Positions 52,101-60,262 of a stretch of DNA of 64,000 nt are shown here, piece after piece. A program made the position numbers and the translations under genes. Numbering within the stretch: position 1 is the first letter of the stretch; every line of letters begins with the position of its first letter. This DNA is from Naegleria gruberi. Its lineage: Eukaryota. The stretch is taken from NCBI GenBank assembly GCA_000004985.1, contig GG738866.1. One strand, given 5' to 3'. The notes under the pieces were generated by a model. It did not search any database, had not been told where the DNA came from, and saw nothing but the letters and a program-made list of their open reading frames with translations.

Positions 52101-54182
52101 GGTGCTGACTCGAGTATTGTACCAAATTATGAATATAGAACAGAGTTGGGTTTGAGCTTGCTGGATATATTCGAAAAAGTCGTTGGCTATGCTAAACAGA
52201 ATAAGGATTCTACGTATATTGGAAGAAGTTTACCGATAATGAATCAATTCTTGCAACAATTTTCAAATACCACACAAACAAATAGAGATAGAGTCTATGG
52301 ACTGATCAACTCTACGTTGGATATATTACAAGACTTTTCATCAACTAATCCAAGTAGTAGTATTAATGATATATTTACTATTGTTGACAGAATTATTCCA
52401 CTAGTAGCAACTGATTTACAAACTCAATTATTCAACAAATTGAGAATAGTTAATCAACAGAATTTGTTTGGAAAGATGAAGAATGGTTATTTGGTTTCAA
52501 ACTTCTCCAAACTTTCCAATACTACTCTTGAAAATTATCAAATCATTAACTTGAATGTGTTGGGAAGAAAAATTTCAGAGCCAATCAATCTCGGTACACT
52601 TTCACTCAATCTTCCTTCACAAATTAGTTCAGATTCTTTGAATTCTCTATTTGAAGTGAGTGCTCTAATTTATCAAACCAAATCCAAAACAAGTAGAACA
52701 TTACAACAAGCTACCTCTATTCCTAATGTACAAGTTGCACTAACGAAGAATTCCATTCCACTTACCGATTCTTCACTAAATGTCAACATTACCTTCCCAA
52801 TCCAATTGAATAGTAAGACAAGAGCCCAATGTAGATCATTTTCCTTCCAGGAAGAACCAAAGAATCACACAACATTCCAATCCGAATCAGCAGTGGTATG
52901 CTTAGTGGCACTCTCAGATTTGAATAGAAACTTGTATATTTATACCTATGAAGGTATTTTTATAGGACCACTGCCACAAAATAGTGATAATGTGAAAGGT
53001 CCACTTCTTCAGGATAACACCTTGACCATAGCTTTGGCCACCATTTTGTCAACTGTTGGTTTGATATTTATATGCTGTTCACTCCTGGTATTGTTGTTCA
53101 TTATTGGAAAATGTAGAGGAAGAGGAAAGAAGGAAAATACACCAAATATGACAGAGTTTACCTATAAGGCATCTGGATCTCATTCTCCAATTGGAATTTC
53201 AGATCATTCTTCATCTGATAAGAATTCTGATACTTCATCAGAAAAACAACAAACTGAAAAGAATATCAATCAACGAGTGACTGAGAATGTTGAGCTATTG
53301 AATGGACAATATCAATTATTAGAAACCATTTCCATTCACTCCAACTATACTCTCTATAGAGCTAATAATATTAGTACAGGTCAGGTTGTGTGTATTAAGA
53401 AGATTGGATTTTCTTCTTTTGAGGAAATTAATTCATCATCCTCTGTTATTGTGAAAGAGTATACGAACATGTCTCGTACTCAACATGCTAATATTGTCAA
53501 GTTACACGAGGTGTTTGTTGATACAAGTCTTAAGGCAGTTTGTTTAGCTCTTGAATATTTCGAGCTTGGAAATTTGAATGAATTACTACTCAAGCGAATT
53601 CAACAAAACCAAATATTTGATGAGATTCATATTGGTCAGATATTGTATCAACTTTCCCAAGCTCTTTCGTATCTTCATGATGAATGTGGATTGTGTCACA
53701 GGAATATCAGGTTGGAAAACATATTTGTAAGACAATTTACACCACAAAAAATTGATATTTGTTTGGGTGAATTTACAGATTCGAGATCCAGAAACTCACT
53801 CAAAATAGAACATGATGTGCAAGACCAATCGTTTGGATCTGCTATAAGTTCTTATAAGTTTGGTAATTTTACCAAAGCTGTGAAGGAAAATGCAATCAAA
53901 TCTACCAGTGACCAGTTTACGTCTGAAGATACATTCCAGGTTGCGTGTGTAATGTACAAACTAATGTCGTTTGATATGGAGAGTAAGGTCAATTCATTAT
54001 TTGAGGAGTATGAGTTTGAAAAAGACGTATTCACATTGCTAGAATCAAGGATACACTCATCATATTCTAGTGAAATAGTTTCCATCATCTTGTCAATGTT
54101 TGCTCGAGAAGAAAAAAATCGTCCAACAATGAACCAAGTCACCAATTTATTGGGCAATGTATTCAAGTTTGAAACACAATAA
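46191..54182 (+). CDS. Receptor-like transmembrane pseudokinase (2663 aa). It has a signal peptide, a ~2250-aa Ser/Thr-rich ectodomain with two CFG-type EGF-like modules, one transmembrane segment and a cytoplasmic kinase-like domain with degenerate catalytic motifs.
   Basis: The N-terminus MKQLLSPKSILLFIILSIASIGWMVIGQ is a signal peptide. EGF modules lie near 50000-50230 (CSSKGTCKQTDNCTCTNNFQGNDCSFTQCFGIASTDKTVCSGYGQCPTSNNCVCNAGFSGTRC). The transmembrane segment is IALATILSTVGLIFICCSLLVLLFIIG. The kinase-like domain has VVCIKKI (VAIK-like), HANIVKLHE, YLHDECGLCHRNIRLENIFV (HRD changed to HRN), ICLGEFTDS in place of DFG, no GxGxxG loop, DTFQVACVMYKLM and NRPT. Confidence 0.8.
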   Translation: MKQLLSPKSILLFIILSIASIGWMVIGQELPYSSSWSITNSNIQTCNTIRGQQDDYFYMGGKFSGSIDTSAIGVISPDRFNNSVVLATSLTSEAYALKVQKSTGKVDSSIQFAPSGNTETIQSSEIISIGTSTQFQIFAGIINTNQGIFISKFNTNGMEWTQTYLFSSGNYITVRDSKVVDTSIVIVGTYRGDISISNGSIALTSSSSQDYENMFIAILDMTGSIQYIYTNNGNNAKVIPQNLHLSSNGEFCYVMGVFSGSTLSFTKSTSSSEQLTLTSTTSTDQYDLFHLKYSITSKELVWLMGTTGPHQMDYSYKIVGSSPSTIYAFRDIIIDQGYSESSDCGSQTDVPIATLTRNLFTLLSSNVLFGGASATGSQSLSFFKALDFAGFSNSILFDNGTTSSVMNISRSTPLTLSSTGFTTCPNKQALMNYSTEYTLNYASGSETILLKSYVSIPKLLFTSNYNVGVINYAGITSTLTFNMPSTLLSVIDKNLVVDVGGTKRPVKNSNNVYTADLFSTTVGWNNITIYFNNTAQNRYDLISMNSVKTFFFDDSLVISIQNSTILFNSSTLNNGRGTLTLTGLLNSTYNFPQEYVSSIMCRVAQQNFATNIDGNQITCQNVPFSERNTTVVLVYRYSNSIFYNISRSLDLSFIETRTLTTSSQYRVITTDEQTKGSFALSLTIGKTMGSLDVKLQATNQNGAASYLPFTVSSGTSISATLAVAQFEKANLKFMVKSQNDYVDFTNTISIQFLKQVKFTSLSSTIDNSRQMKTAFSIQPNLIDSLKSQLTCQYNESPTLRTALNSTDNTCNIDNRFLSTNNTLQLLLNMGNNVYLQISDSISLTSPSLPTISFLFTPNFGISGFTNITTEITSQDLIFEQLKRNLQIEINSIRYTPTVGSDGKVSFPLVTSVAGWNNLTVLGKYSTNDTSYSVISTQSKIYFFNTPQTNIFTFPNGNITLLTPSSSRNFMIDLVLSSPFDIPYTLLSPNNFFCNIFGESYSAQFVSSTRVQCQNVVSREGETDSFITTSIRNTTFEISSRSLFTFVKTREIKPVGVSLIQSTDFYIGTLPQTQATYSLQINIEDSLFTALQIENTQKLAIQLTDLLTNQKQVRFPQITRGLNMSTLSLNLDVATSQSIFKYEIRVLFKGLEISQVALKYLLVRESPIGKVISSRDSTDNLLINMPRILSTATSISDDEKLIMDRVYCSLGDSTLSKVTYSVSGGIQCKFATDFTSTQTKSVQLFMSINTVATNSSVIKISSNSQQAYPIYCYSIPHYLPTVCSSKGTCKQTDNCTCTNNFQGNDCSFTQCFGIASTDKTVCSGYGQCPTSNNCVCNAGFSGTRCENKVMYVSEDKSWLSTSESMSSLPRSQLSALIETESLSKVECASLLATASIDTIGVDAFCFVNSVDIVIMLNRNVMNNTVLLSSSTIGSILSKSFSQYQVLDTKGKSTSPEILLRTSFSSVNFPAVVEPLIVTASPLSNLGLSWQSDDPTINSQLSSFANQSIIKLNLGAKTRQNVISNGAVNLVLQVADSTFNTLTKYSTKLLLNQSSNSGEAIFNYGGSQIECQSFASCDIAFSVAPIKGSSIRSSFNPDIGNITTNYIHNLKSFAEGCSTVYSLRSSESKQLCIKIRDKGVIQYYLDVNTQQDNSIVVTLSQFNTSSKVYSIITSSNSDIIQLINLNTNTSVQGAKDGSSSAVYFKGIKEQEPYEIRFTSSLGKASLKIQYSTSMQLKLLTFIPKVMGRKSSLILSSLVDSDSSTVQQVDFLLTKKGQSQSTSLPIVQQYNDLTFSQALLNASLLDSGSFYILRVQSRNAKGHVTYIEQSFYVQLEPNYNINCAITPKEGIAYETEFTISCLSNNLDLDTYQFLITNGTHQLELSKGRKRAFFTRIGFLQNAKLQVKTNDVWNSEKTTEFPIQLKHPKQVYQTSLEFYQYLTRKVQDLLNEEVSPNSLGFDYVNSVITFMSILGADSSIVPNYEYRTELGLSLLDIFEKVVGYAKQNKDSTYIGRSLPIMNQFLQQFSNTTQTNRDRVYGLINSTLDILQDFSSTNPSSSINDIFTIVDRIIPLVATDLQTQLFNKLRIVNQQNLFGKMKNGYLVSNFSKLSNTTLENYQIINLNVLGRKISEPINLGTLSLNLPSQISSDSLNSLFEVSALIYQTKSKTSRTLQQATSIPNVQVALTKNSIPLTDSSLNVNITFPIQLNSKTRAQCRSFSFQEEPKNHTTFQSESAVVCLVALSDLNRNLYIYTYEGIFIGPLPQNSDNVKGPLLQDNTLTIALATILSTVGLIFICCSLLVLLFIIGKCRGRGKKENTPNMTEFTYKASGSHSPIGISDHSSSDKNSDTSSEKQQTEKNINQRVTENVELLNGQYQLLETISIHSNYTLYRANNISTGQVVCIKKIGFSSFEEINSSSSVIVKEYTNMSRTQHANIVKLHEVFVDTSLKAVCLALEYFELGNLNELLLKRIQQNQIFDEIHIGQILYQLSQALSYLHDECGLCHRNIRLENIFVRQFTPQKIDICLGEFTDSRSRNSLKIEHDVQDQSFGSAISSYKFGNFTKAVKENAIKSTSDQFTSEDTFQVACVMYKLMSFDMESKVNSLFEEYEFEKDVFTLLESRIHSSYSSEIVSIILSMFAREEKNRPTMNQVTNLLGNVFKFETQ

Positions 54183-54189
54183 AAGTTTA

Positions 54190-57033
54190 TTATTTCCTTG
54201 GTGATCTTGGTGAAATTTGATCGTAGGAAACAGCAGCAAAAGCTTTTTGCAAGCTAGCTAACTTGATCTCAATTTCATCTAATAATTGAGGAGGTGAAGA
54301 AGGAATTGGGTAAAAATAATCTTCTCTCAAAGGTGATTGTGGAATATCCATATGCCCTTGGGAGATTGATAAACCTTCTTTAGTTGTTTCTGCCATGATA
54401 GTAGCTAATTGCTCAAGTTGGCCAATAGCAAATTTCAAATCATTCTCGAGTTTCTTTGTGTAAGCTTCCAAACCTTGTATACCGTCCGTAAGAGTCTTGA
54501 CGGTTTCTTGTTGGCGTAATATTTCCCCATTCAGATTTTCAATTGTTCCTCTTAGTTCTGAACTTTCCTTTGCGTTTTGGTTTTTTAACTTTTCCAACGC
54601 TTCTTGCTTGTCAACAAGTAGCTCCTTTTGAGATTGAGATAATTTTTCATTCTCTTGGAGAATACCATGTAAATCTTTCATAGACTCCTGCAAGAGTTGA
54701 ATCTCCTTCTTTGCCTGACTCTTTTCCTTCTCTAAAATTGATCGTAGCTCGTCTTCTCTTATTTTCATTTCAGCATCTGCTTTTTTCTTCTCATTAAATA
54801 CCTTTTGCATTTCATCTTTTAGCAACTTTAAAGTTTCTGTCTGCAAGAAAATACCTTCTTCTAGCTGTTTTGTTTTTTTCCTTTCCTTTTCTAAATAATC
54901 TTTAAATGTTTCCAAATCATTCTTAAGGCGCCCAATATCTTCAACCGATTTTTCTTGATATTCTTTAAACTCCTCTCCCTTGGTTCTCACTTTTGATTTT
55001 TCCTTTTCCAGCAATTCTGCTTTTGAATTAACCAACTCTTTAAGCTTGTTTGTTTCTTCTTTTTCAACCAAAAGGTCCATCTCAATCTTGCTCAAGTCAA
55101 TTTCCATATTCTGTTTATACAGGTTCATTTCCTTTTCAAATTCTTTCTTTTCATTCATAATTTTTTCTATCTCTTTGTTTTTTTGTGTAAGCTCTTCTTC
55201 AAATTTCTTAAGGAAGTTGTTTAAATCTCCAATTTCTTTCTGATTTTGATTTTTCAAGTCTGTCAAGCTTCTATTTTCCTCTGAAAGTTCGTTTTCTATA
55301 TGCTTCAAACTCTCTACCACCTTCTCAAGTTCTTGTTTAACTGCTGATTCTCTTTGTAACTTGGATTCACCTTCTAAGTTTGCACGTTCAATGCCTTCAA
55401 GAGATTTTTCTAATTCCTGCTTGACATTTGCGAGCTCATTGGATAAATCTTCTTCTTTTTGATTCTTTTCAATCATCAACTGTTTGATATCAACAAGATC
55501 TTTGTGTAATTCTCTTACAGAGTTACTTTCTCTAGTGATTTGTTCTTCCCTTTCGCTTAACTTTTCTTTAAGGGAGCATATCAAGTTCTCCTTTTCAGAT
55601 AATTGAGTGGATAGATTGGCCTTCTCAGATATTATAACGGCCAATTGTTCTGTTGCATTCTTGGCCTCCTCTTCAAGAATTTTAAGCTTGATTTCTCTTG
55701 AAGATTTATCTTCCAAAAGAGAATTGAGTTCCTCTTGAAGATTTAATATATCTTTTTTCAGATTTGTCAAGTCTTGTTGCAACTCACTGTTTTCGTGCAT
55801 TAAATCTCTCACCCTATGCTGTTGTGCCTCTATGAAACTCTCAGTTTTGACTCTTGATACAGTATTCTCAGATACGATTTCTTTTAGTCTCGAGTTGTCT
55901 TTTTCGAGATCATTAACACGGTTTTTGAGCTTTTCAGTTTCATCCAAGATTGCTTGCTTTTCATCTTTTTCAGATTGGATATTTTCTGTTAGTGAGATTA
56001 CCAAGTTAGATTTTTCTTCGTGCAATTTATCAATAGTAGTTCTCAAGTTTTCAACTTCACTCTCGCTTGAATGAAGAATACCTTGTATTTTAGCTTTAAT
56101 GTCTTCTTTTTCTTTCTTGAGGTCATCCCTTTCCTTTTCGATAGCAGACGATTTGTTTTCCAATTGTTTCAACTTTCCATCTGTATCTGAAATAACTTTT
56201 TGTAGATTTTCAATGTTCAAATCAGAAACTTCCAATTTAGAACATAAATCCTTATTAATATCTTTGAGAGCTACAATCTCATTATTAAGAACAGAACATT
56301 CTTGTTGTAATTGGTCATTCTTCGATTTCAATTCTTCTAGAGAGGATGTAATATCTTGAATCCTTGCTTCCGTATCCAATAACTTTTCAGTAAGGGTGGT
56401 ATTTTGGGAAATAAAATTAATTTTCTCATTTTCTGCAATAGTAGTCATTTCTATTAGCTGTTGTTCGAGCTCTTTGTACTTCTGCATTTGATGTGACAAA
56501 TCAGACTTTGAATTTGAAAGCTCGTTATCGAGAGCTTCCTTTTGTGAAAGTAGTTGTAGATTTTCATCCTTGGTGGATTCAATTGTGTTTTGCTGATCTT
56601 GGACTTGTGAGGTGCAGTCATCAAGTGACTCCTTTAATTTTAGAATTTCTGATTGTGATTGAGAGTACTTTTCAGTTAACTCTTGATTTTTCTCCTCTTG
56701 GACTTTTCTAAATAGATCAAACTCCTTGCATTTAGAATTGATCGATTCATTCATAGAAAATAATTTCGATTCCTTTTCCTGTAAGAGTTCTTCTTTTTCT
56801 GCAATATTATTTCCCAAGGTTAATATTTTATCTTTCAACATATCCATTGTGGAATTCTTGCCGTAAAGCTCATTTTTCATTCGATTAAGTTGATCTTCCA
56901 AATTGCTTAGTGAGTTTGTAAGCTCGTTGTTGGTAGTTTCTAATGTTTGCTTTTTCTCAAAAAGGCCAGTGTTAATATTTTCCATTTCACAAATCTTTGC
57001 TTGTTTCTCTTCGACAATTTTCTTTTCCTTCAT
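54190..57033 (-). CDS. Giant coiled-coil gene, segment 4 of 4 (947 aa; the C-terminus is Pro/Ser-rich and ends ...DQISPRSPRK)
   Basis: This segment starts with an ATG (57033) at the third frame change (MKEKKIVEEKQAKICEMENINTGL...). It overlaps the segment 3 ORF by 47 nt. Confidence 0.55.
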   Translation of the reverse strand: MKEKKIVEEKQAKICEMENINTGLFEKKQTLETTNNELTNSLSNLEDQLNRMKNELYGKNSTMDMLKDKILTLGNNIAEKEELLQEKESKLFSMNESINSKCKEFDLFRKVQEEKNQELTEKYSQSQSEILKLKESLDDCTSQVQDQQNTIESTKDENLQLLSQKEALDNELSNSKSDLSHQMQKYKELEQQLIEMTTIAENEKINFISQNTTLTEKLLDTEARIQDITSSLEELKSKNDQLQQECSVLNNEIVALKDINKDLCSKLEVSDLNIENLQKVISDTDGKLKQLENKSSAIEKERDDLKKEKEDIKAKIQGILHSSESEVENLRTTIDKLHEEKSNLVISLTENIQSEKDEKQAILDETEKLKNRVNDLEKDNSRLKEIVSENTVSRVKTESFIEAQQHRVRDLMHENSELQQDLTNLKKDILNLQEELNSLLEDKSSREIKLKILEEEAKNATEQLAVIISEKANLSTQLSEKENLICSLKEKLSEREEQITRESNSVRELHKDLVDIKQLMIEKNQKEEDLSNELANVKQELEKSLEGIERANLEGESKLQRESAVKQELEKVVESLKHIENELSEENRSLTDLKNQNQKEIGDLNNFLKKFEEELTQKNKEIEKIMNEKKEFEKEMNLYKQNMEIDLSKIEMDLLVEKEETNKLKELVNSKAELLEKEKSKVRTKGEEFKEYQEKSVEDIGRLKNDLETFKDYLEKERKKTKQLEEGIFLQTETLKLLKDEMQKVFNEKKKADAEMKIREDELRSILEKEKSQAKKEIQLLQESMKDLHGILQENEKLSQSQKELLVDKQEALEKLKNQNAKESSELRGTIENLNGEILRQQETVKTLTDGIQGLEAYTKKLENDLKFAIGQLEQLATIMAETTKEGLSISQGHMDIPQSPLREDYFYPIPSSPPQLLDEIEIKLASLQKAFAAVSYDQISPRSPRK

Positions 57034-60000
57034 CCTCCAACTTCCTCATTTCTTCCAACAGTCTTTCCTTTTCTTTAGAAAATTCTTCACTCTTCTTTTC
57101 ATTTTCCTTCTCCAATACATTGATGGTCTCTTCAAGTTTCAATACGCAATTATCATACTTATTCTTATTCTGTTCCATTTCTTGTCTTGCCTTTTCCAAT
57201 TCATTCTTTGTATCTTCAAGCTGTCTAATTATTTCTTCTTGCTTTTCACTTAGTGCCAATTTCTTTGCCTCAAGATCTAAATTATGTTGTTCAAGTACTT
57301 GAACCTGTTTTTTCAAATCTTCAATACAGAGAGTATCTTGTTGTGCTCTCTGTTTCAACTCTACGCTAGTATTTTCTGCTTCATTAAAGCGTTCTTCAGC
57401 ATTTGCACGAAGGGTTTCTTCTTTCAACAAACCAATTTTCAAAATATCTAGCTTCTCTTGAAGAACTACTCGATCACTTTCAAGCTTCTTCTTGTCATTA
57501 TTTAAATTCTTTTCTGACTCTTTCAGAATTGAAATTGACTTTTCTAGTTCTTTCACTTTATCTGTTTGCTTCTTAGCATTCATGGTAGCATCCTTGAGTT
57601 CATATTTCAATGTATCAATAGTTTTACCAAGATATTTCACTTCTTCTAGGAGTTTTGATTTCTCTGATTCTAATTGCTTAATTTTTGAATTGTGTGAATT
57701 AACTTCTTTTGCATTTTCTTTGAGTTGCTCTTTTTGGGTGTTCATAACATCTTGAAGAACTTTGATTTTCTTTTCTTGAGTATTACACATTATCTGTGTT
57801 TCTTCTTTGTCTTTAGTCAATAAGTCAGCCTCCTTAGATTTATCAAGAATCTCTTTAGACAATCTTGTTATTGCTTCAGAAGTAGTTCGTTCAAGATTAT
57901 ACTTTTCTGTATTTAATTGAGATATATATTGATCCAACATAGTCTTCTGTTGCTCAACATTGTTAATGCTCTCTTTCAGCTCTTGGTTGGAGGATTCAAG
58001 ATTCTCTATAAATGATTGTTTTTCTTTTGATGTTTGAATTTCCTTGGTAAGAGTTTCTTGAATAACATTTCTTTCAGATGATAATTGTTGAATTTGTTCA
58101 GAGAGTTCACAAATCTTTGCTTGTTTCTCCTCGACTATTGCCTTTTCCTTCTTTACTTCATCCTCCAACTTCCTCATTTCTTCCAACAGTCTTTCCTTTT
58201 CTTTAGAAAATTCTTCACTCTTCTTTTCATTTTCATTTTCCAATACATTGATGGACTCTTCAAGTTTCAATACACAATCACCATACTTATTCTTATTCTG
58301 TTCCAATTCATTCTTTGCATCTTCAAGCTGTCTTATTATTTCTTCTATATCTTTCTTTAAATTCTGTTCTGACTCTTGCAGTGTTTCAAGGGCCCTCTCC
58401 AGCTCTTTCACTTTATCTTTGTACATTTCTAAATTGTTGGTAGCGTCTTTGAATTGAGATTCTAAATTATTAATAGTTTGACCAAGATCCTCCAATGTTC
58501 GTTGGCGATTATCATCTTCCTGCTGTTTGTCATTAATAACCGAAGCAAGTTTAATCTCGCCTTGTCGAACATTTTCACGTAAATTGTTTACAACTGTTTC
58601 CAATTCTTGATTACATTTGGTGAGGTTTTGCACTGTGTCTTCAAGATGTTTCAATTTATCAAGAAGGGTAATATTTGAGGATGCCAGTTGATTTGAAAGT
58701 TCCTTTTCTTTTCTGAAACCATATTGTATATTTTGTAGCTCCTGTGAAATACGAGTGTTTTCTTTTTCTAATTGATTGTTTGCTGTTGATAAAGCCTGGT
58801 TATCGTCCGATAACTTGAGCAGCAAATCTTCATTTTGTCTAATATTGTCTGTCAGGTTTGATTTCTCTGATTCCAACTGTTTGATTAGTGAAATTTGTGA
58901 AATGGTTTCTTTAGCACTTTCTTTGAGTTGCTCTTTTTGAGTGTTCAAAAGGTCTTGAAGAACTTTGATACTCTTGTCTTTAGCATTACATGCTGTTTCA
59001 GTGTTGCTTATCCTTTCTTTAAGCTCTTTAGTAGAAGTCTCAAGAAGGTTCTCCATTATTGATTGTTGCTCTTTTGATAATTGAATTTCATTATTGAGAG
59101 ACTTTTGAATGGCATCTCTTTCAGATGATAATTGTTGAATTTGTTCAGAGAGTTCAGTGTTGATCTTTTCTATTTCACAAATCTTTGCTTGTTTCTCCTC
59201 AGCTATTTCCTTTTCCTTCTTTACTTCATTTTCTAAATTCTTCATTTCTTCCAACAGTCTGTCCTTTTCTTTAGAAAATTCTTCACTCTTCTTTTCATTT
59301 TCCTTCTCCAATACAGTAATAGATTCCTTTAGTTTCAATACACAATCATCATACCTATTCTTATTCTGTTCCAGTTCATTCCTTGCATCTTCAAGCTGTC
59401 TTATTATTTGTTCTCTATCACTCTCAAGGCTCTTCTTGTCATTATTTAAATTCTTTTCTGACTCTTTCAGAATTGAAATTGACTTTTCTAGTTCTTTCAC
59501 TTTATCTGTTTGCTTCTTAACATTCATGGTAGCATCCTTGAGTTCATATTTCAATGTGTTAATGGTTTTACCAAGATATTTCACTTCTTCTAGGAGTTTT
59601 GATTTCTCTGATTCTAATTGCTTAATTTTTGAAGCATTTTCTTTGAGTTGCTCTTTTTGAGTGTTCATAACATCTTGAAGAACTTTGATTTTCTTTTCTT
59701 GAGTATTACACGTTGTCTGTATTTCTGCTTTGTCTTTAGTCAATAAGTCAGCCTCCTTAGATTTATCAAGAATCTCTTTAGACAATCTTGTTTTTTCGTT
59801 TTCCATGACTTCCTTTTGGGTTTTCTTTTCTCCAGAAAGATCTATTATTTTGTTTTCTAACTGTTTAATACGTGACTGCTGTTCAAGTAAATCAAGTTGT
59901 TTAGACTCTAAATTATTAGCCAACTCTATGTTCTGAGTTTTGATTTGGGTCAAGTCTTTCTCTAATCCTGTTATTGTTTCATAATTTGCTTGTTGAAGAT

Positions 60001-60262
60001 TGTCCTTTTCTGTATTTAATTGAGATATATATTGATCCAACATAGTCTTCTGTTGTTCAACATTGTTAATGCTTTCCTTCAACTCTTGGTTGGAGGATTC
60101 AAGGTTGGCTATCATTAATTGTTTGTTTTTTGATACTTGAATTTCGTCGTTGAGCGTGAATTGAATGGCATCTCTTTCAGATGATAATTGTTGAATTTGT
60201 TTTGATAGCTCAGTGTTGATCTTTTCTATTTCACAAATCTTTGCTTGTTTCTCTTGAGTCAT
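56987..60262 (-). CDS. Giant coiled-coil gene, segment 3 of 4 (1091 aa, internally duplicated)
   Basis: This segment starts with an ATG (60262) created exactly at the frame change (MTQEKQAKICEIEKINTEL...). It contains duplicated ~1 kb and ~2 kb units. Confidence 0.55.
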   Translation of the reverse strand: MTQEKQAKICEIEKINTELSKQIQQLSSERDAIQFTLNDEIQVSKNKQLMIANLESSNQELKESINNVEQQKTMLDQYISQLNTEKDNLQQANYETITGLEKDLTQIKTQNIELANNLESKQLDLLEQQSRIKQLENKIIDLSGEKKTQKEVMENEKTRLSKEILDKSKEADLLTKDKAEIQTTCNTQEKKIKVLQDVMNTQKEQLKENASKIKQLESEKSKLLEEVKYLGKTINTLKYELKDATMNVKKQTDKVKELEKSISILKESEKNLNNDKKSLESDREQIIRQLEDARNELEQNKNRYDDCVLKLKESITVLEKENEKKSEEFSKEKDRLLEEMKNLENEVKKEKEIAEEKQAKICEIEKINTELSEQIQQLSSERDAIQKSLNNEIQLSKEQQSIMENLLETSTKELKERISNTETACNAKDKSIKVLQDLLNTQKEQLKESAKETISQISLIKQLESEKSNLTDNIRQNEDLLLKLSDDNQALSTANNQLEKENTRISQELQNIQYGFRKEKELSNQLASSNITLLDKLKHLEDTVQNLTKCNQELETVVNNLRENVRQGEIKLASVINDKQQEDDNRQRTLEDLGQTINNLESQFKDATNNLEMYKDKVKELERALETLQESEQNLKKDIEEIIRQLEDAKNELEQNKNKYGDCVLKLEESINVLENENEKKSEEFSKEKERLLEEMRKLEDEVKKEKAIVEEKQAKICELSEQIQQLSSERNVIQETLTKEIQTSKEKQSFIENLESSNQELKESINNVEQQKTMLDQYISQLNTEKYNLERTTSEAITRLSKEILDKSKEADLLTKDKEETQIMCNTQEKKIKVLQDVMNTQKEQLKENAKEVNSHNSKIKQLESEKSKLLEEVKYLGKTIDTLKYELKDATMNAKKQTDKVKELEKSISILKESEKNLNNDKKKLESDRVVLQEKLDILKIGLLKEETLRANAEERFNEAENTSVELKQRAQQDTLCIEDLKKQVQVLEQHNLDLEAKKLALSEKQEEIIRQLEDTKNELEKARQEMEQNKNKYDNCVLKLEETINVLEKENEKKSEEFSKEKERLLEEMRKLEDEGKENCRRETSKDL
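57460..60250 (-). repeat. Nested tandem segmental duplications inside the coiled-coil gene, with units of about 1.1 kb and about 1.96 kb
   Basis: Positions 57487-57875 and 59443-59805 are more than 95% identical. Positions 57880-58100 match 59990-60200. The ctttacttcatcctccaacttcctcatttcttccaacag block recurs at about 57030, 58150 and 59220. Confidence 0.75.
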
